A DNA stretch of 64,000 nucleotides from Gaiellaceae bacterium (GTDB lineage: Bacteria > Actinomycetota > Thermoleophilia > Gaiellales > Gaiellaceae). The DNA lies in NCBI GenBank assembly GCA_035652255.1, contig DASRED010000047.1, positions 3,695 through 67,694 on the forward strand. The letters are read 5' to 3'. Of the stretch, positions 17,139-26,620 are shown one piece after another. The notes beneath the pieces were generated by a model. It did no database searches. It was not told the DNA's origin and was given only the letters and a program-made list of their open reading frames with translations. The position numbers were made by a program, and so were the translations under genes. The stretch's first letter is position 1, and each line of letters starts with the position of its first letter.

Positions 17139-17524
17139 CCGGCGACGCGCTCGCGGACGCGCACGAGATCCTCGCGCTCCTCCAGGCGAAGATCGACAGC
17201 CGCGACGCCGACGAGCTCTTCGCGTTCTTCGAGGAGCCGGCCGTGCTGATTGGCTCCGCGGGGGACGGCCGCGACACCGAGCGCCGCCGGCGCTACCTCA
17301 CGGCGCTCGCGACCCAGCCGGAGTCTCTCTTCTGGGACTGGCAGGAGGCCATTCCGTTCTACGAGAGCGACGACGCACTCGGCTTCGCCGCGTTCGGCGA
17401 GGTCGCCGTGTCCGACGCGGCGGGCGAGCAGCGCTACCCGATCCGGGCGAGCCTGCTCGGCGTCCGCTCGGCGGACGGCTGGCGGCTGCGGCACTTCCAC
17501 GGCTCGATCCCGGCCTCCTTCTAG
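17135..17524 (+). CDS. SnoaL/NTF2-like fold protein (DUF4440-like), hypothetical
   Basis: 129 aa. GTGA overlap with the sucD stop. C-terminal DGWRLRHFHGS is typical of NTF2-like small proteins. Confidence 0.55.
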   Translation: MTGDALADAHEILALLQAKIDSRDADELFAFFEEPAVLIGSAGDGRDTERRRRYLTALATQPESLFWDWQEAIPFYESDDALGFAAFGEVAVSDAAGEQRYPIRASLLGVRSADGWRLRHFHGSIPASF

Positions 17525-17541
17525 CTCGCTACGCTCCGGCG

Positions 17542-18624
17542 ATGATCTCGTTCGCCCGCGGCGTGCCGGCGCCGGAGTGTCTCGCCGTCGAGGAGCTCGC
17601 CGACTGCGCGAAGGCGGCGCTCGAGCGGGACGGCAGAACCGTCCTGTCCTACGGGCCGGGCGGCGGCTACGGCCCGCTGCGGGAGGAGCTCGCTGCGCGG
17701 CACGGCGTCGAGGCGGGCCGCATCCTGATCACGAGCGGCTCGCTGCAGGGCTTCGTCTTCCTCGCGCAGCAGCTCGTGCAGGCGGGTACGCGCGTCCTCG
17801 TCGAGGCGCCGACGTACGACCGCCCGCTCAAGATCCTCGCCCGGCTCGGCGCGGAGGTCGTCACCGTGCCGATGGACGACGAGGGCCTCATCCCCGACGA
17901 GCTTCCGGAGGGCGAGTTCTCTTTCCTCTACACGATCCCGACCTTCCAGAACCCGAGCGGCCGCACCCTCTCGGAGGAGCGCCGCCGCCGCCTTGCCGAG
18001 CTGGCGGTCGAGCGCGGGCTGCTCGTGCTCGAGGACGACCCGTACGGGCTCGTCCGCTACGAGGGCGAGCCGCTCCCGAGCGTCTTCGAGCTCTCCGGCG
18101 GCGAGTCGGTCGCGTACTGCTCGTCGTTCTCGAAGACGGTCGCGCCCGGCCTCCGCGTCGGCTGGTTCGTCCTGCCGGCGCAGCTCGCCTCCGAGCTCGA
18201 GGCGCTCGCGACGTCGACGTACATCTCGCCGCCGTACCTCTCGCAGGCCACCGTGCTCGAGTTCCTCCGCCGCGACGACTTCGGCCCGAATCTCGAGCGG
18301 GTCAACGGGCTCCTGCGCGAGCGCCGCGACGCGATGCTCGAGGCGCTGCCGCGCGAGCTGCCGGAGGACGCGGCGTGGACGAAGCCGGACGGCGGCTACT
18401 TCGTCTGGCTCGACCTGCCGTCCGGGCCTCCCGCCGCCGAGCTCCTCGCCCGGGCCGAGGAGGCCGGCGTGACGTTCGTGAAGGGGAGCGACTTCTTCCC
18501 CGGCGGACGCGGCGGCGAGCGATCGCTCCGCCTCGCCTTCAGCTTCGTCTCGCCGGACGAGATCTCAGACGGAGTCGCCCGGCTGGGCGGCCTCGTGCGA
18601 GCGGCGGCTCCAGCGGCGCTCTAG
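17542..18624 (+). CDS. PLP-dependent aminotransferase, class I/II (2-aminoadipate/aromatic aminotransferase-like)
   Basis: 360 aa. PLP-lysine motif CSSFSKTVAPGLRVGW, plus FQNPSG. Confidence 0.85.
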   Translation: MISFARGVPAPECLAVEELADCAKAALERDGRTVLSYGPGGGYGPLREELAARHGVEAGRILITSGSLQGFVFLAQQLVQAGTRVLVEAPTYDRPLKILARLGAEVVTVPMDDEGLIPDELPEGEFSFLYTIPTFQNPSGRTLSEERRRRLAELAVERGLLVLEDDPYGLVRYEGEPLPSVFELSGGESVAYCSSFSKTVAPGLRVGWFVLPAQLASELEALATSTYISPPYLSQATVLEFLRRDDFGPNLERVNGLLRERRDAMLEALPRELPEDAAWTKPDGGYFVWLDLPSGPPAAELLARAEEAGVTFVKGSDFFPGGRGGERSLRLAFSFVSPDEISDGVARLGGLVRAAAPAAL

Positions 18625-18846
18625 CCGTGGGATCAGCATCCCGACGACGAGCCCGACGGCCAGCGCGAGCAGGATGAGCCAGATGAGCGAGACGTACGCG
18701 TGGGCGAAGACGAAGCTGACGCGCACCTTCTTCCCGTTCTCGAGCACGAACGCGACCGCGTAGGCGACGAGCAGCGCGAGGACGCCGAGGCGCGCGTAGA
18801 AGCGGCGCTTCGGGCTCTTCGCGTGTGGCCGGCGCGGGAACCGCAC
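18565..18846 (-). CDS. LapA/DUF1049-like small membrane protein
   Basis: 93 aa with two TM segments (LGVLALLVAYAVAFVL and LIWLILLALAVGLVVGML). Its 3' end overlaps the convergent aminotransferase gene by 60 nt. Confidence 0.5.
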   Translation of the reverse strand: MRFPRRPHAKSPKRRFYARLGVLALLVAYAVAFVLENGKKVRVSFVFAHAYVSLIWLILLALAVGLVVGMLIPRLERRWSRRSHEAAQPGDSV

Positions 18847-18855
18847 AGCCCGAGT

Positions 18856-19032
18856 CTACGCCGCAGCGTGAACCGGGACCGTCCGCGGCACGAGCTGCGG
18901 CTGCGGCGGCGGCGCGAGGCTACCGGCCGTCGTGCGCCGGAAGGTGGGGCAGATCGACTCGCCGGGAAGGGCGCAGAGGCCTTCGCGACGGAAATAGCAA
19001 TCAGCGCAGGTTGGCTTGGAACGTTTGCTCAT
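18856..19032 (-). CDS. small Cys-rich protein (58 aa), hypothetical
   Basis: Internal ATG of track ORF 18856..19104, giving MSKRSKPTCADCYFRREGLCALPGESICPTF. AAAGACGAGG lies upstream. Confidence 0.4.
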   Translation of the reverse strand: MSKRSKPTCADCYFRREGLCALPGESICPTFRRTTAGSLAPPPQPQLVPRTVPVHAAA

Positions 19033-19167
19033 CCTCGTCTTTGCTAGGGAGGCACGGGCGTGGCCTCCGACAAGCGACGATACAACCGGGACCGCCTCGG
19101 GCAAGCGTTGCCGCCGACGAAAACTGACGAATTTCCGCAGTTTCGCGCCGGCCGAAAAGCGCGATTC

Positions 19168-20190
19168 CTACTGCGCCGGAGGCAGCGTTGCCAGGGCGTG
19201 CAACGCCTGCGCGAAGCTGCGCACCGGGATGATCTTCAGCGGCCCCGCGTAGCGCTCGGCGGTCTTCGCGTTCGCCCCGGCCGGAACGAGGAAGACGTCC
19301 GCACCGGCCTCGCGCACGCCCCACGTCTTCTGCTCGACCCCGCCGATCGGCGCCACCGTCCCGTTCAGCTCCATCTCCCCGGTCGCCGCGACCCGGTGGC
19401 CGTGCGTGACGTCCTTGCCGAGCTTCTCCATCACCTCGAGCGCGAACGCGAGGCCCGCCGACGGGCCGCCGACCGCGCCGAGGTCGATCGAGACGCGGAT
19501 CGGCAGCCTGATCGAGGCCGACTGCGCCGGCTCGAAGCCGATGAGCGCGCGCTGCGGATCCTGCTGGAGCGCGAACGTCCGGACCGAGAACGAGAGCGTC
19601 TTGTCACCGCGCAGCACCTGCAGCGTCACGGCCTGACCGGGCGTGACACGGCTGAGCTGGGCGCGCAGCTTCGGGATCGTCGGCGTCGGCATGCCGTCGA
19701 CCGCCTGGATCACGTCCGCGGGCTGGAGCTTGTGCGCGGCGGGCGTGCCGAGGTCGATGACGTCGACGAGAACGCCGTTCCGACGCGTCTCGACGTGGTA
19801 GCCGAGCCGGCGGAGCGCGACGGCCGCGGCGATCTTCTGCGACATCGACATCTGGCGCACCTCGGCGGCGATGACCGCGGCGTCCGTCGTTCCCGGCGGG
19901 ACGATCTCGGACGCGGGGAGGAAGGTCGCGTGGCTGTCGAGCGAGGGGAACAGCGTCTCGAGCGTGTTCGCCTGCCGCTCGAAGACGTCGACGTAGTAGA
20001 TCGTCCCGCCCTGCTTCGCCGGATGAGCGCCCTGCACGCGCACGAGCGACGTGAGCGGGTGCGCGGTGTCGGGGATGAGGACGTACTCGTTGGACGGGAT
20101 GCGGTAGAGGATCACGCCGGTCAGGAGGAGCAGCGCGACGACGCCGGCGGCGATCCGGAGCGGCGTGAGGCGGACGTTCCGGATCCTCAA
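19168..20190 (-). CDS. PDZ domain + Lon-like C-terminal protease domain protein (YlbL/SepM-like)
   Basis: 340 aa. N-terminal TM segment, PDZ region (LQPADVIQAVDG), and Lon catalytic-Ser context GGPSAGLAFALEV. Confidence 0.85.
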   Translation of the reverse strand: MRIRNVRLTPLRIAAGVVALLLLTGVILYRIPSNEYVLIPDTAHPLTSLVRVQGAHPAKQGGTIYYVDVFERQANTLETLFPSLDSHATFLPASEIVPPGTTDAAVIAAEVRQMSMSQKIAAAVALRRLGYHVETRRNGVLVDVIDLGTPAAHKLQPADVIQAVDGMPTPTIPKLRAQLSRVTPGQAVTLQVLRGDKTLSFSVRTFALQQDPQRALIGFEPAQSASIRLPIRVSIDLGAVGGPSAGLAFALEVMEKLGKDVTHGHRVAATGEMELNGTVAPIGGVEQKTWGVREAGADVFLVPAGANAKTAERYAGPLKIIPVRSFAQALHALATLPPAQ

Positions 20191-20930
20191 AACAGCGCCC
20201 GCTGCAGGCCGCCGTCGACGACGAGCGTCTGCCCCGTGACGTAGCGCGCGCGATCCGAGGCGAGGAAGCAGACGACGTCGCCGAACTCGCGCGGCGTGCC
20301 CCAGCGGCGCAGCGCGATCTCCTCGAGCTGCTCCTCGGTCGGCCCGTCCGGGTAGAGGTGATCGAGCCGCGGCGTCGCGATCCTGCCGGGCGCGACGCAG
20401 TTGACCGTGATCCCCTGCGGGCCGACCTCGCGGCTGAGCGTCTTCAGCCAGCCGATCAGGCCGGGGCGGAACGTGTTCGAGAGCGCGAGGTGGCTCGTCG
20501 GCTCGAGAGCGGCGAGGGAGCTGACCGCGACGATCCGGCCGGCCTCGCTCCGCTCGAGATGCGGGAGGGCGAGCCGGACGAGCGTCACCGCCGGGCGCAG
20601 GAGGAGGCGGTAGGCGGCGTCGAGCGACTCGGGATCCGCGTCGAGCGCGCTGCCGGGCGGCGGGCCGCCGCCGTTCCAGACGAGGACGTCGAGGCCGCCG
20701 AAGCGGTCGACCACGGTCGCGACGGCGCGCTCGAGATCGGCGCTCGCGGTCACGTCCCCGGCGACGGCGGCGCCGCCGAGCCGGGCCGCGTGCTCCTCCA
20801 GCTCCTCGGCGCGTCGCGCGAAGAGGACGACGTTCGCGCCCTCCTCCGCCAGCGCTTCGGCGCTCGCGAGCCCCAGGCCGGAGGACGCGCCGCAGACGAG
20901 CGCGGTGCGTCCGCTCAGCCCGAGGTCCAC
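20187..20930 (-). CDS. SDR-family oxidoreductase (atypical active-site residues)
   Basis: GTG start inside track ORF 20187..21131. Cofactor motif ALVCGASSGLGLA. See the finding on SNTFR replacing YxxxK. Confidence 0.75.
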   Translation of the reverse strand: MDLGLSGRTALVCGASSGLGLASAEALAEEGANVVLFARRAEELEEHAARLGGAAVAGDVTASADLERAVATVVDRFGGLDVLVWNGGGPPPGSALDADPESLDAAYRLLLRPAVTLVRLALPHLERSEAGRIVAVSSLAALEPTSHLALSNTFRPGLIGWLKTLSREVGPQGITVNCVAPGRIATPRLDHLYPDGPTEEQLEEIALRRWGTPREFGDVVCFLASDRARYVTGQTLVVDGGLQRALF

Positions 20931-20937
20931 GCGGGAC

Positions 20938-21870
20938 TCAGCTCGAGGAGAGGACGCCCACGACGTCGCGGACGGCGTCGGCGCTCTTGGCGAGCGCCTC
21001 GCGCTCGTCGTCGGTGAGCTCGAGCTCGACGATCGCCTCGATTCCGCCGGCGCCGAGCTTGACGGGTACGCCCATGTAGAGGCCGTCGATCCCGTACTCG
21101 CCCTCGAGCAGCGCCGTGCACGGGAGGACACGCTTCTGGTCGAGGAGGATCGCGTCGACCATCTCCGCGATCGCCGCGCCGGGCGCGTACCAGGCGGACG
21201 TGCCGAGCAGCTGGACGATCTCGCCGCCGCCCTTCGCCGTCCGCTCGACCATCGACTGGATCCTCTCCTCGGAGACGAGCTCGCGGAGCGGAACGCCGCC
21301 GACCGTCGTCGCGGAGACGACCGGGACCATCTGGTCGCCGTGTCCGCCGAGCACGAGCGCCTGGACGTCCCGCACCGAGGCGCCCGTCTCCCACGCGATG
21401 AACGTGCGGAAGCGGGCCGTGTCGAGGATCCCTGCCTGGCCGAAGACGCGTTCCTTCGGGAAGCCGGAGACGTTCTTCGCGACGTGGCACATCGCGTCGA
21501 GCGGGTTCGAGAGGATGACGATGATGCAGTCGGGGCTCTGGGCGACGATCTGCTCCGTCACCGAGCCGACGATCTTCTCGTTCGTCGTGACGAGGTCGTC
21601 GCGGGACATGCCCGGCTGCCGAGGCAGGCCGGCCGTGATCACGACGACGTCGGATCCGGCCGTCTCCTCGTACGCGTTCGAGCCGGTGACGTTCGGCTCG
21701 AAGCCGAGGATCGGCCCCATCTGGTTCAGGTCGAGCGCCTTGCCCTGCGGCAGGCCCTCCTTGATGTCCGTGAGGACGACGTCCGCGTAGTCGCGGGCGG
21801 CGAGGACGTGCGCCGCTGTGGCGCCGGTCGCGCCCGCGCCGACGATCGTGATCTTCCTTCGCATGCTCAT
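20938..21870 (-). CDS. mdh: malate dehydrogenase (LDH-like type)
   Basis: 310 aa. [16 protein letters not shown] Rossmann motif, and [10 protein letters not shown]. Confidence 0.92.
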   Translation of the reverse strand: MSMRRKITIVGAGATGATAAHVLAARDYADVVLTDIKEGLPQGKALDLNQMGPILGFEPNVTGSNAYEETAGSDVVVITAGLPRQPGMSRDDLVTTNEKIVGSVTEQIVAQSPDCIIVILSNPLDAMCHVAKNVSGFPKERVFGQAGILDTARFRTFIAWETGASVRDVQALVLGGHGDQMVPVVSATTVGGVPLRELVSEERIQSMVERTAKGGGEIVQLLGTSAWYAPGAAIAEMVDAILLDQKRVLPCTALLEGEYGIDGLYMGVPVKLGAGGIEAIVELELTDDEREALAKSADAVRDVVGVLSSS

Positions 21871-22964
21871 GCCGGTACCTCAGCCTCCAGTTTCTCGATC
21901 ACCGCGTCCGCGACCTCGCTCGTCCCGACTGCGGTCGGGTCGTCGCGGCTCGGCTTCATGTCGTAGGTGACGCTCGTCCCCTCGGCGATGACGGCGGCGA
22001 TCGCCTGCTCGAGGCGGTCGGCCGCGAAGCGCTCGTCGAGGTGGCGGAGCATGAGGACGCCCGACAGCATCTGCGCGATCGGGTTGACCTTGTTCTGGCC
22101 GGCGTACTTCGGCGCCGAGCCGTGCGTCGGCTCGAAGACGGCGCACGTCTCGCCGTAGTTCGCGCCCGGCGCGACGCCGAGTCCGCCGATCATCCCGGCG
22201 CACAGGTCGGAGAGCACGTCGCCGTAGAGATTCGGCAGGACGAGCACGTCGTACTCCTCGGGCCGCTGCACGAGCTGCATGCACATGTTGTCCACGATCC
22301 GGTCGTCGAACTCGATGTCGGTGTTCTCCGCGGCGACCTCGCGCGCGACGCGCAGCCAGAGGCCGTCGGTGAATTTCATGATGTTGGCCTTGTGGACGGC
22401 CGTGACCTTCTTGCGGCCGTTGCTGCGCGCGTAGTCGAAGGCGAACTCGAAGATCCGGCGCGTGCCGGTGACGGAGATCGGCTTGATCGAGATGCCGGCG
22501 TCGTCGTGGCGGAGCTTGCCGCCGCGCTCCTTGATCCAGGCGATCAACTCGGCGGCGTCCTCGGTGCCTTCCTCGTACTCGATCCCGGCGTAGAGGTCCT
22601 CGGTGTTCTCCCGGACGATGATCAAGTCGATGTCCTCGAAGCGGGTGCGGACGCCGGGATAGCTCTTGCACGGGCGGATCTGGCCGAAGAGGTCGAGCTC
22701 CTTGCGGAGCGCGACGTTGACGGAGCGGAAGCCGCCGCCGACCGGGGTCGTGATCGGCCCCTTCAGCGCGACGCCCGTCTCGCGGATCGCGTCGAGGACC
22801 TCCGGCGGCAGCGGATTGCCGCCGTGCTTCTCCATCACGTCCGCGCCTGCCTCCTGGACGTCCCAGTCGAACTCGACGCCCGTCGCCTCGAGAACGCGGC
22901 GCGTGGCCTCGGTCAGCTCGGGGCCGGTGCCGTCGCCGGGGATGAGAACAACGCGGTGCGCCAC
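21867..22964 (-). CDS. icd: isocitrate dehydrogenase (isocitrate/isopropylmalate dehydrogenase family, NAD-type-like)
   Basis: 365 aa. [39 protein letters not shown] overlap with mdh. Confidence 0.85.
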   Translation of the reverse strand: MAHRVVLIPGDGTGPELTEATRRVLEATGVEFDWDVQEAGADVMEKHGGNPLPPEVLDAIRETGVALKGPITTPVGGGFRSVNVALRKELDLFGQIRPCKSYPGVRTRFEDIDLIIVRENTEDLYAGIEYEEGTEDAAELIAWIKERGGKLRHDDAGISIKPISVTGTRRIFEFAFDYARSNGRKKVTAVHKANIMKFTDGLWLRVAREVAAENTDIEFDDRIVDNMCMQLVQRPEEYDVLVLPNLYGDVLSDLCAGMIGGLGVAPGANYGETCAVFEPTHGSAPKYAGQNKVNPIAQMLSGVLMLRHLDERFAADRLEQAIAAVIAEGTSVTYDMKPSRDDPTAVGTSEVADAVIEKLEAEVPA

Positions 22965-22987
22965 GCGGGCGAGCGTAGCGGAGCTGT

Positions 22988-23211
22988 AGCTCGCGAGTGC
23001 TGCGCACCCGCTCGCTGGTTCGCGGCGGCGTAAGCCTGCGTCTTACGCCGCCGCCGGAACCTCGGCGCGCTTCAAACGGTTGAAGTGCGCTTAGACCGAG
23101 GGCCGGGGGCTAAGACGGCCGCGCCAGCGGCGGCTTAGCCGTAGGCCGGACCGCGCTCTCCGGTCGGCGCAGTTCCTTCAAGAGCGAGCGAGTCCGCAGG
23201 ACTCGCGAGCT
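22988..23211 (-). repeat. intergenic repeat family, copy C (complete, with inverted palindromic termini)
   Basis: Bounded by AGCTCGCGAGT (22988) and ACTCGCGAGCT (23201). Its reverse complement aligns with copy A, and its right half with copy B. Confidence 0.75.
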
Positions 23212-23235
23212 CAGAGAAGCCGTAGGCTTCGGGAT

Positions 23236-23739
23236 GTGAACCTTTCGGAAGCCGCTGCCCAGGCCGACGAGCTCGTCGCGAGCGGCGACGAGCGCGGGCT
23301 CTCGCAACTGCGCGCGCAGTGGGACGACGAGCTCGAGGCGCAGGCGCGGAGCCAGGACTTCCGCGAGCGCGCGCTCGCGTTCCGCGCCGTGGGGATGTTC
23401 CGCTGGCGCGCGAAGGAGGAACTGCTGCGGCGCGGCCTCGACGACGGCAGCCCGGCCGCCCGCGGCTCGGCGCTCCTCTCGCTCGAGCTCCTCTCCCGCG
23501 ACCACCCGAGCACGGTCAACTCCGTCCGGCCGCTCCTCCACAAGATGCTCGCCGATCCCGAAGAGAACCCGGCGGTGCGGCGGCTCGCCGTCCAGGCGCT
23601 CAAGAACGGCTCCGCGCCGCGCGAGACGATCGTCCTGCTCGAAGGGATCACAGCGGACGACGAGACCGACGCCGACCTGCGTCGCGTCGCGACGGCTGTC
23701 GCGCAGAGTCTCAAGCAGAAGGCTCGCGAGCGGCGCTAG
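23236..23739 (+). CDS. HEAT-repeat protein
   Basis: 167 aa, GTG start. Repeated D..PAAR/PAVRRLAVQAL helical-repeat pattern. The antisense ORF 23211..23714 is Ser/Arg-rich junk. Confidence 0.6.
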   Translation: MNLSEAAAQADELVASGDERGLSQLRAQWDDELEAQARSQDFRERALAFRAVGMFRWRAKEELLRRGLDDGSPAARGSALLSLELLSRDHPSTVNSVRPLLHKMLADPEENPAVRRLAVQALKNGSAPRETIVLLEGITADDETDADLRRVATAVAQSLKQKARERR

Positions 23740-23743
23740 CGGA

Positions 23744-23917
23744 TCAGCTCGCGCAGCTGGCGCAGACGCGAGCCTGGATCTCCCGACCGCAGGACGGGCA
23801 GACCCGGCGGCGCCGGCGATGCTCGAGGGCGTTCTTCTGGACGCCTGCGACCATCATCAGCCAGCCCGCTCCGAGGGTGGTGACGACGGCGATTGCGAGT
23901 TGCGGATCGAGGTGCAT
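23744..23917 (-). CDS. small TM + zinc-ribbon protein (57 aa)
   Basis: MHLDPQLAIAVVTTLGAGWLMMVAGVQKNALEHRRRRRVCPSCGREIQARVCASCAS. ATG lies 2 nt after the xerD stop (TAGCCATG). Confidence 0.45.
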   Translation of the reverse strand: MHLDPQLAIAVVTTLGAGWLMMVAGVQKNALEHRRRRRVCPSCGREIQARVCASCAS

Positions 23918-23919
23918 GG

Positions 23920-24825
23920 CTACTTCCTCGTAGATGCCTTCCGGCGCGCGTGCGGATGCGCCTGGAAGTACAACTCCCGCCGCCGGCGATCGGATACGTG
24001 CGTGTAGAGCTCCGTCGTCGCGAGGTCCGCGTGGCCGAGCATCTCCTGCACGGCGCGGAGGTCGGCACCGCCCTCGAGCAGGTGCGTCGCGAAGGAGTGG
24101 CGCAGGAGATGCGGGTGGATCCGCCCGGGCTCGAGGCCGGCCTTCTCCGCGAGCTTGCGGAGGATGAGGAAGACGCCGGCGCGGGTGAGCGCGCCGCCGC
24201 GCGCGTTGAGGAAGAGCTCGGGGCGATGGTGCTTCTCGAGGAACGGCCGCCCGTGGGCGAGGTAGCGGCGGAGCGCCTCGGCCGCCTCCCGCCCGATCGG
24301 GACGACGCGCTCCTTGTTCCCCTTGCCGATGCAGCGGACGAAGCGGTTCTCGAGATCGACCGCCTGCCGGTCGAGCGACACGGCCTCGCTCACGCGGAGC
24401 CCGCCGCCGTAGAGCAGCTCCGTGAGCGCGCGGTCGCGCATCGCACGCGGCGTCGTCCCGGCCGCCGCGTCGAGGAGCCGCTCGACCTCGCCGGGGGAGA
24501 GGGTGCGCGGCAGCGTGCGCAGGCGCTTCGGGAGCTCGACCTGCGCCGCGGGGTTGTCGGCCCGCGCGCCGAGGAGCACCTGGTGGCGGAAGAAGGAGCG
24601 GATCGCGGCGAGGCGGCGCGCGATCGTCGTCGCGGCGAGCCCGTCCGCGCGGAGCTGCGCGACGTAGCGGGCGAGGTCGTCCGTCTCCGCGCGCGCCGGC
24701 GAGCGGCCGAGCCACGCCGCGAGATGCGCGAGGTCGCGGCGGTACGCCTCGACGGTGCGGGGCGCGAGGCGCGCCGCGGCGAGGGCGAGGAAGCTCTCGA
24801 CGGCCGGATCCGGGCGCGTGCTCAT
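23920..24825 (-). CDS. xerD: tyrosine recombinase XerD
   Basis: 301 aa from the internal ATG of track ORF 23920..25836. LLRHSFATHLLEGGADLRAVQEMLGHADLATTELYTHV, with catalytic R, K, H-x-x-R, H and Y all present. Confidence 0.85.
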   Translation of the reverse strand: MSTRPDPAVESFLALAAARLAPRTVEAYRRDLAHLAAWLGRSPARAETDDLARYVAQLRADGLAATTIARRLAAIRSFFRHQVLLGARADNPAAQVELPKRLRTLPRTLSPGEVERLLDAAAGTTPRAMRDRALTELLYGGGLRVSEAVSLDRQAVDLENRFVRCIGKGNKERVVPIGREAAEALRRYLAHGRPFLEKHHRPELFLNARGGALTRAGVFLILRKLAEKAGLEPGRIHPHLLRHSFATHLLEGGADLRAVQEMLGHADLATTELYTHVSDRRRRELYFQAHPHARRKASTRK

Positions 24826-24872
24826 CCGGCTTCGGGTTTCGGCCCGGCGCCCGGGACGCCTTCCCGGCCCGG

Positions 24873-25829
24873 CTACGCGACCGGGACGAGGTGGGAGTGC
24901 TCGGGCGTCGCCCAGACGATCTCGCCGCTCGCGAGCTCGAGGTGCTCGACGTCCTCGCGCCGCCGCCGCGCGGTCATCCGCTCGCCCGTGCCGTCGACGA
25001 GATCGATGCGGACGTGGGCGCCGACGACGACGATCCGCTCGACCTCGACCTCGACGGAACCGTCGTCCGGGTGGCGGGCGAGGACGATCTCGTGCGGACG
25101 GACGAAGCCGTCGCCGAGTCGGAACGCGTCGCCGAGGAAGCGCAGCACGAACTCCGACGCAGGCGTGTCGTAGAGCTCGGCGGGGGCGCCGACCTGCTCG
25201 AGCCGCCCCTGGTTGAGGACGGCGACGCGGTCGGCGACCTCGAGCGCCTCCTCCTGGTCGTGGGTGACGAAGACGGTCGTCACGTGCACCTCGTCGTGCA
25301 GCCGCCGCAGCCAGTCGCGCAGCTCGGCGCGGACGCGCGCGTCGAGCGCGCCGAACGGCTCGTCGAGGAGGAGGACGTGCGGCTTTGCGGCGAGCGCCCG
25401 CGCGAGCGCCATCCGCTGGCGCTGCCCGCCGGAGAGCTTCGACGGGTAGCGGTCGGCGAAGCCCTGCAGCTGGACGAGCTCGAGCAGCTCGTCGACGCGC
25501 TCCCGGATCTCCTGCTTCGGCCGCTTCCGGATTGCGAGCGCGAAGCCGACGTTCTCCCGCACGGTCATGTGCTTGAACGCCGCGTAGTGCTGGAAGACGA
25601 AGCCGACGTCGCGGCGCTGCGGCGCGAGCCGGGTCGCGTCCTTGCCGGAGAGGAGCACCTCGCCCGCGTCCGGATGCTCGAGCCCGGCGACGACGCGGAG
25701 GAGCGTCGACTTGCCGGAGCCGCTCGGCCCGAGGACGGCGGTGAGCGAGCCCGCCGCGATCTCGAGGGAGACGTCGTCGAGCGCGACGAAGTCCCCGAAC
25801 CGCTTCGTGACGTTCCTCAGCTCGATCAC
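24873..25829 (-). CDS. cysA: sulfate/thiosulfate ABC transporter ATP-binding protein
   Basis: GTG start ([11 protein letters not shown]) with GTGA overlap with cysW. Walker [36 protein letters not shown]. Confidence 0.9.
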   Translation of the reverse strand: MIELRNVTKRFGDFVALDDVSLEIAAGSLTAVLGPSGSGKSTLLRVVAGLEHPDAGEVLLSGKDATRLAPQRRDVGFVFQHYAAFKHMTVRENVGFALAIRKRPKQEIRERVDELLELVQLQGFADRYPSKLSGGQRQRMALARALAAKPHVLLLDEPFGALDARVRAELRDWLRRLHDEVHVTTVFVTHDQEEALEVADRVAVLNQGRLEQVGAPAELYDTPASEFVLRFLGDAFRLGDGFVRPHEIVLARHPDDGSVEVEVERIVVVGAHVRIDLVDGTGERMTARRRREDVEHLELASGEIVWATPEHSHLVPVA

Positions 25830-26620
25830 AGCGCATCCTCCCGGGGTCTGGTGACGGTCATGGCGACGAGGACGAGGACGGCGATCGTCGCGAGCACGAG
25901 CGAGACGGCGTACGCGCCGGCGGTGTCGAAGTTCGTCCAGTACTCCTCGACGCGCAGGGTCGCGGTCTGCGTCACACCCTCGATCCGTCCGGAGACGATC
26001 GCGACCGCGCCGTACTCGCCGAGGCAGCGCGCCGTCGTGAGGACGACGCCGTAGATCACGGCCCAGCGGATCGACGGCAGCGTGATCCTCCAGAACCGCT
26101 GCCACCGCGTCGCGCCGAGCGTCGCAGCGGCCTGCTCCTGCTCGGTGCCGAGCTCGCGCAGGGTCGGGATCACCTCGCGCGCGACGAAGGGGACGGAGAC
26201 GAAGATCGTCGCCAGGACGATCGCCGGCAGCGCGAAGAGGACGTGGATCCCGTGGTTCATGAGCCAGCCGCCGAACCAGCCCGTGCGGCCGTAGAGGAGG
26301 TACAGGGCGAGCCCGACCACGACCGGCGAGACGGCGAGCGGCAGGTCGATGAACGCGTTGAGGATCCCCTTGCCGCGGAAGCGCCGCCGCACGATCGCGA
26401 GAGCGCAGAGGACGCCGAAGACGGTGTTGAGCGGCACGGCGATCGCTGTCGCCTCGAGCGTCACCTCGAACGCGTGCACCGTGAGGGGATCGGAGAGCGC
26501 CTGCCAGACCGGGTGCAGCCCGCTCTCGAACGTCCGGTAGAAGATCATCGCGAGCGGCCCGAGCAGGATCACGAGGAGGTAGCCGAGCGCCGCGGCGCGG
26601 AGTCCGAGCCGGCTAGGCAC
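25826..26620 (-). CDS. cysW: sulfate ABC transporter permease
   Basis: 264 aa, about 6 TM segments, CysW/CysT-family permease. Operon context. Confidence 0.87.
   Translation of the reverse strand: MPSRLGLRAAALGYLLVILLGPLAMIFYRTFESGLHPVWQALSDPLTVHAFEVTLEATAIAVPLNTVFGVLCALAIVRRRFRGKGILNAFIDLPLAVSPVVVGLALYLLYGRTGWFGGWLMNHGIHVLFALPAIVLATIFVSVPFVAREVIPTLRELGTEQEQAAATLGATRWQRFWRITLPSIRWAVIYGVVLTTARCLGEYGAVAIVSGRIEGVTQTATLRVEEYWTNFDTAGAYAVSLVLATIAVLVLVAMTVTRPREDAL

Noticed and set aside
23211-23714. 167-aa minus-strand ORF mirroring the HEAT-repeat gene
   Set aside because: The Ser/Arg-rich translation has no structure-like pattern. The plus-strand frame shows helical-repeat periodicity.
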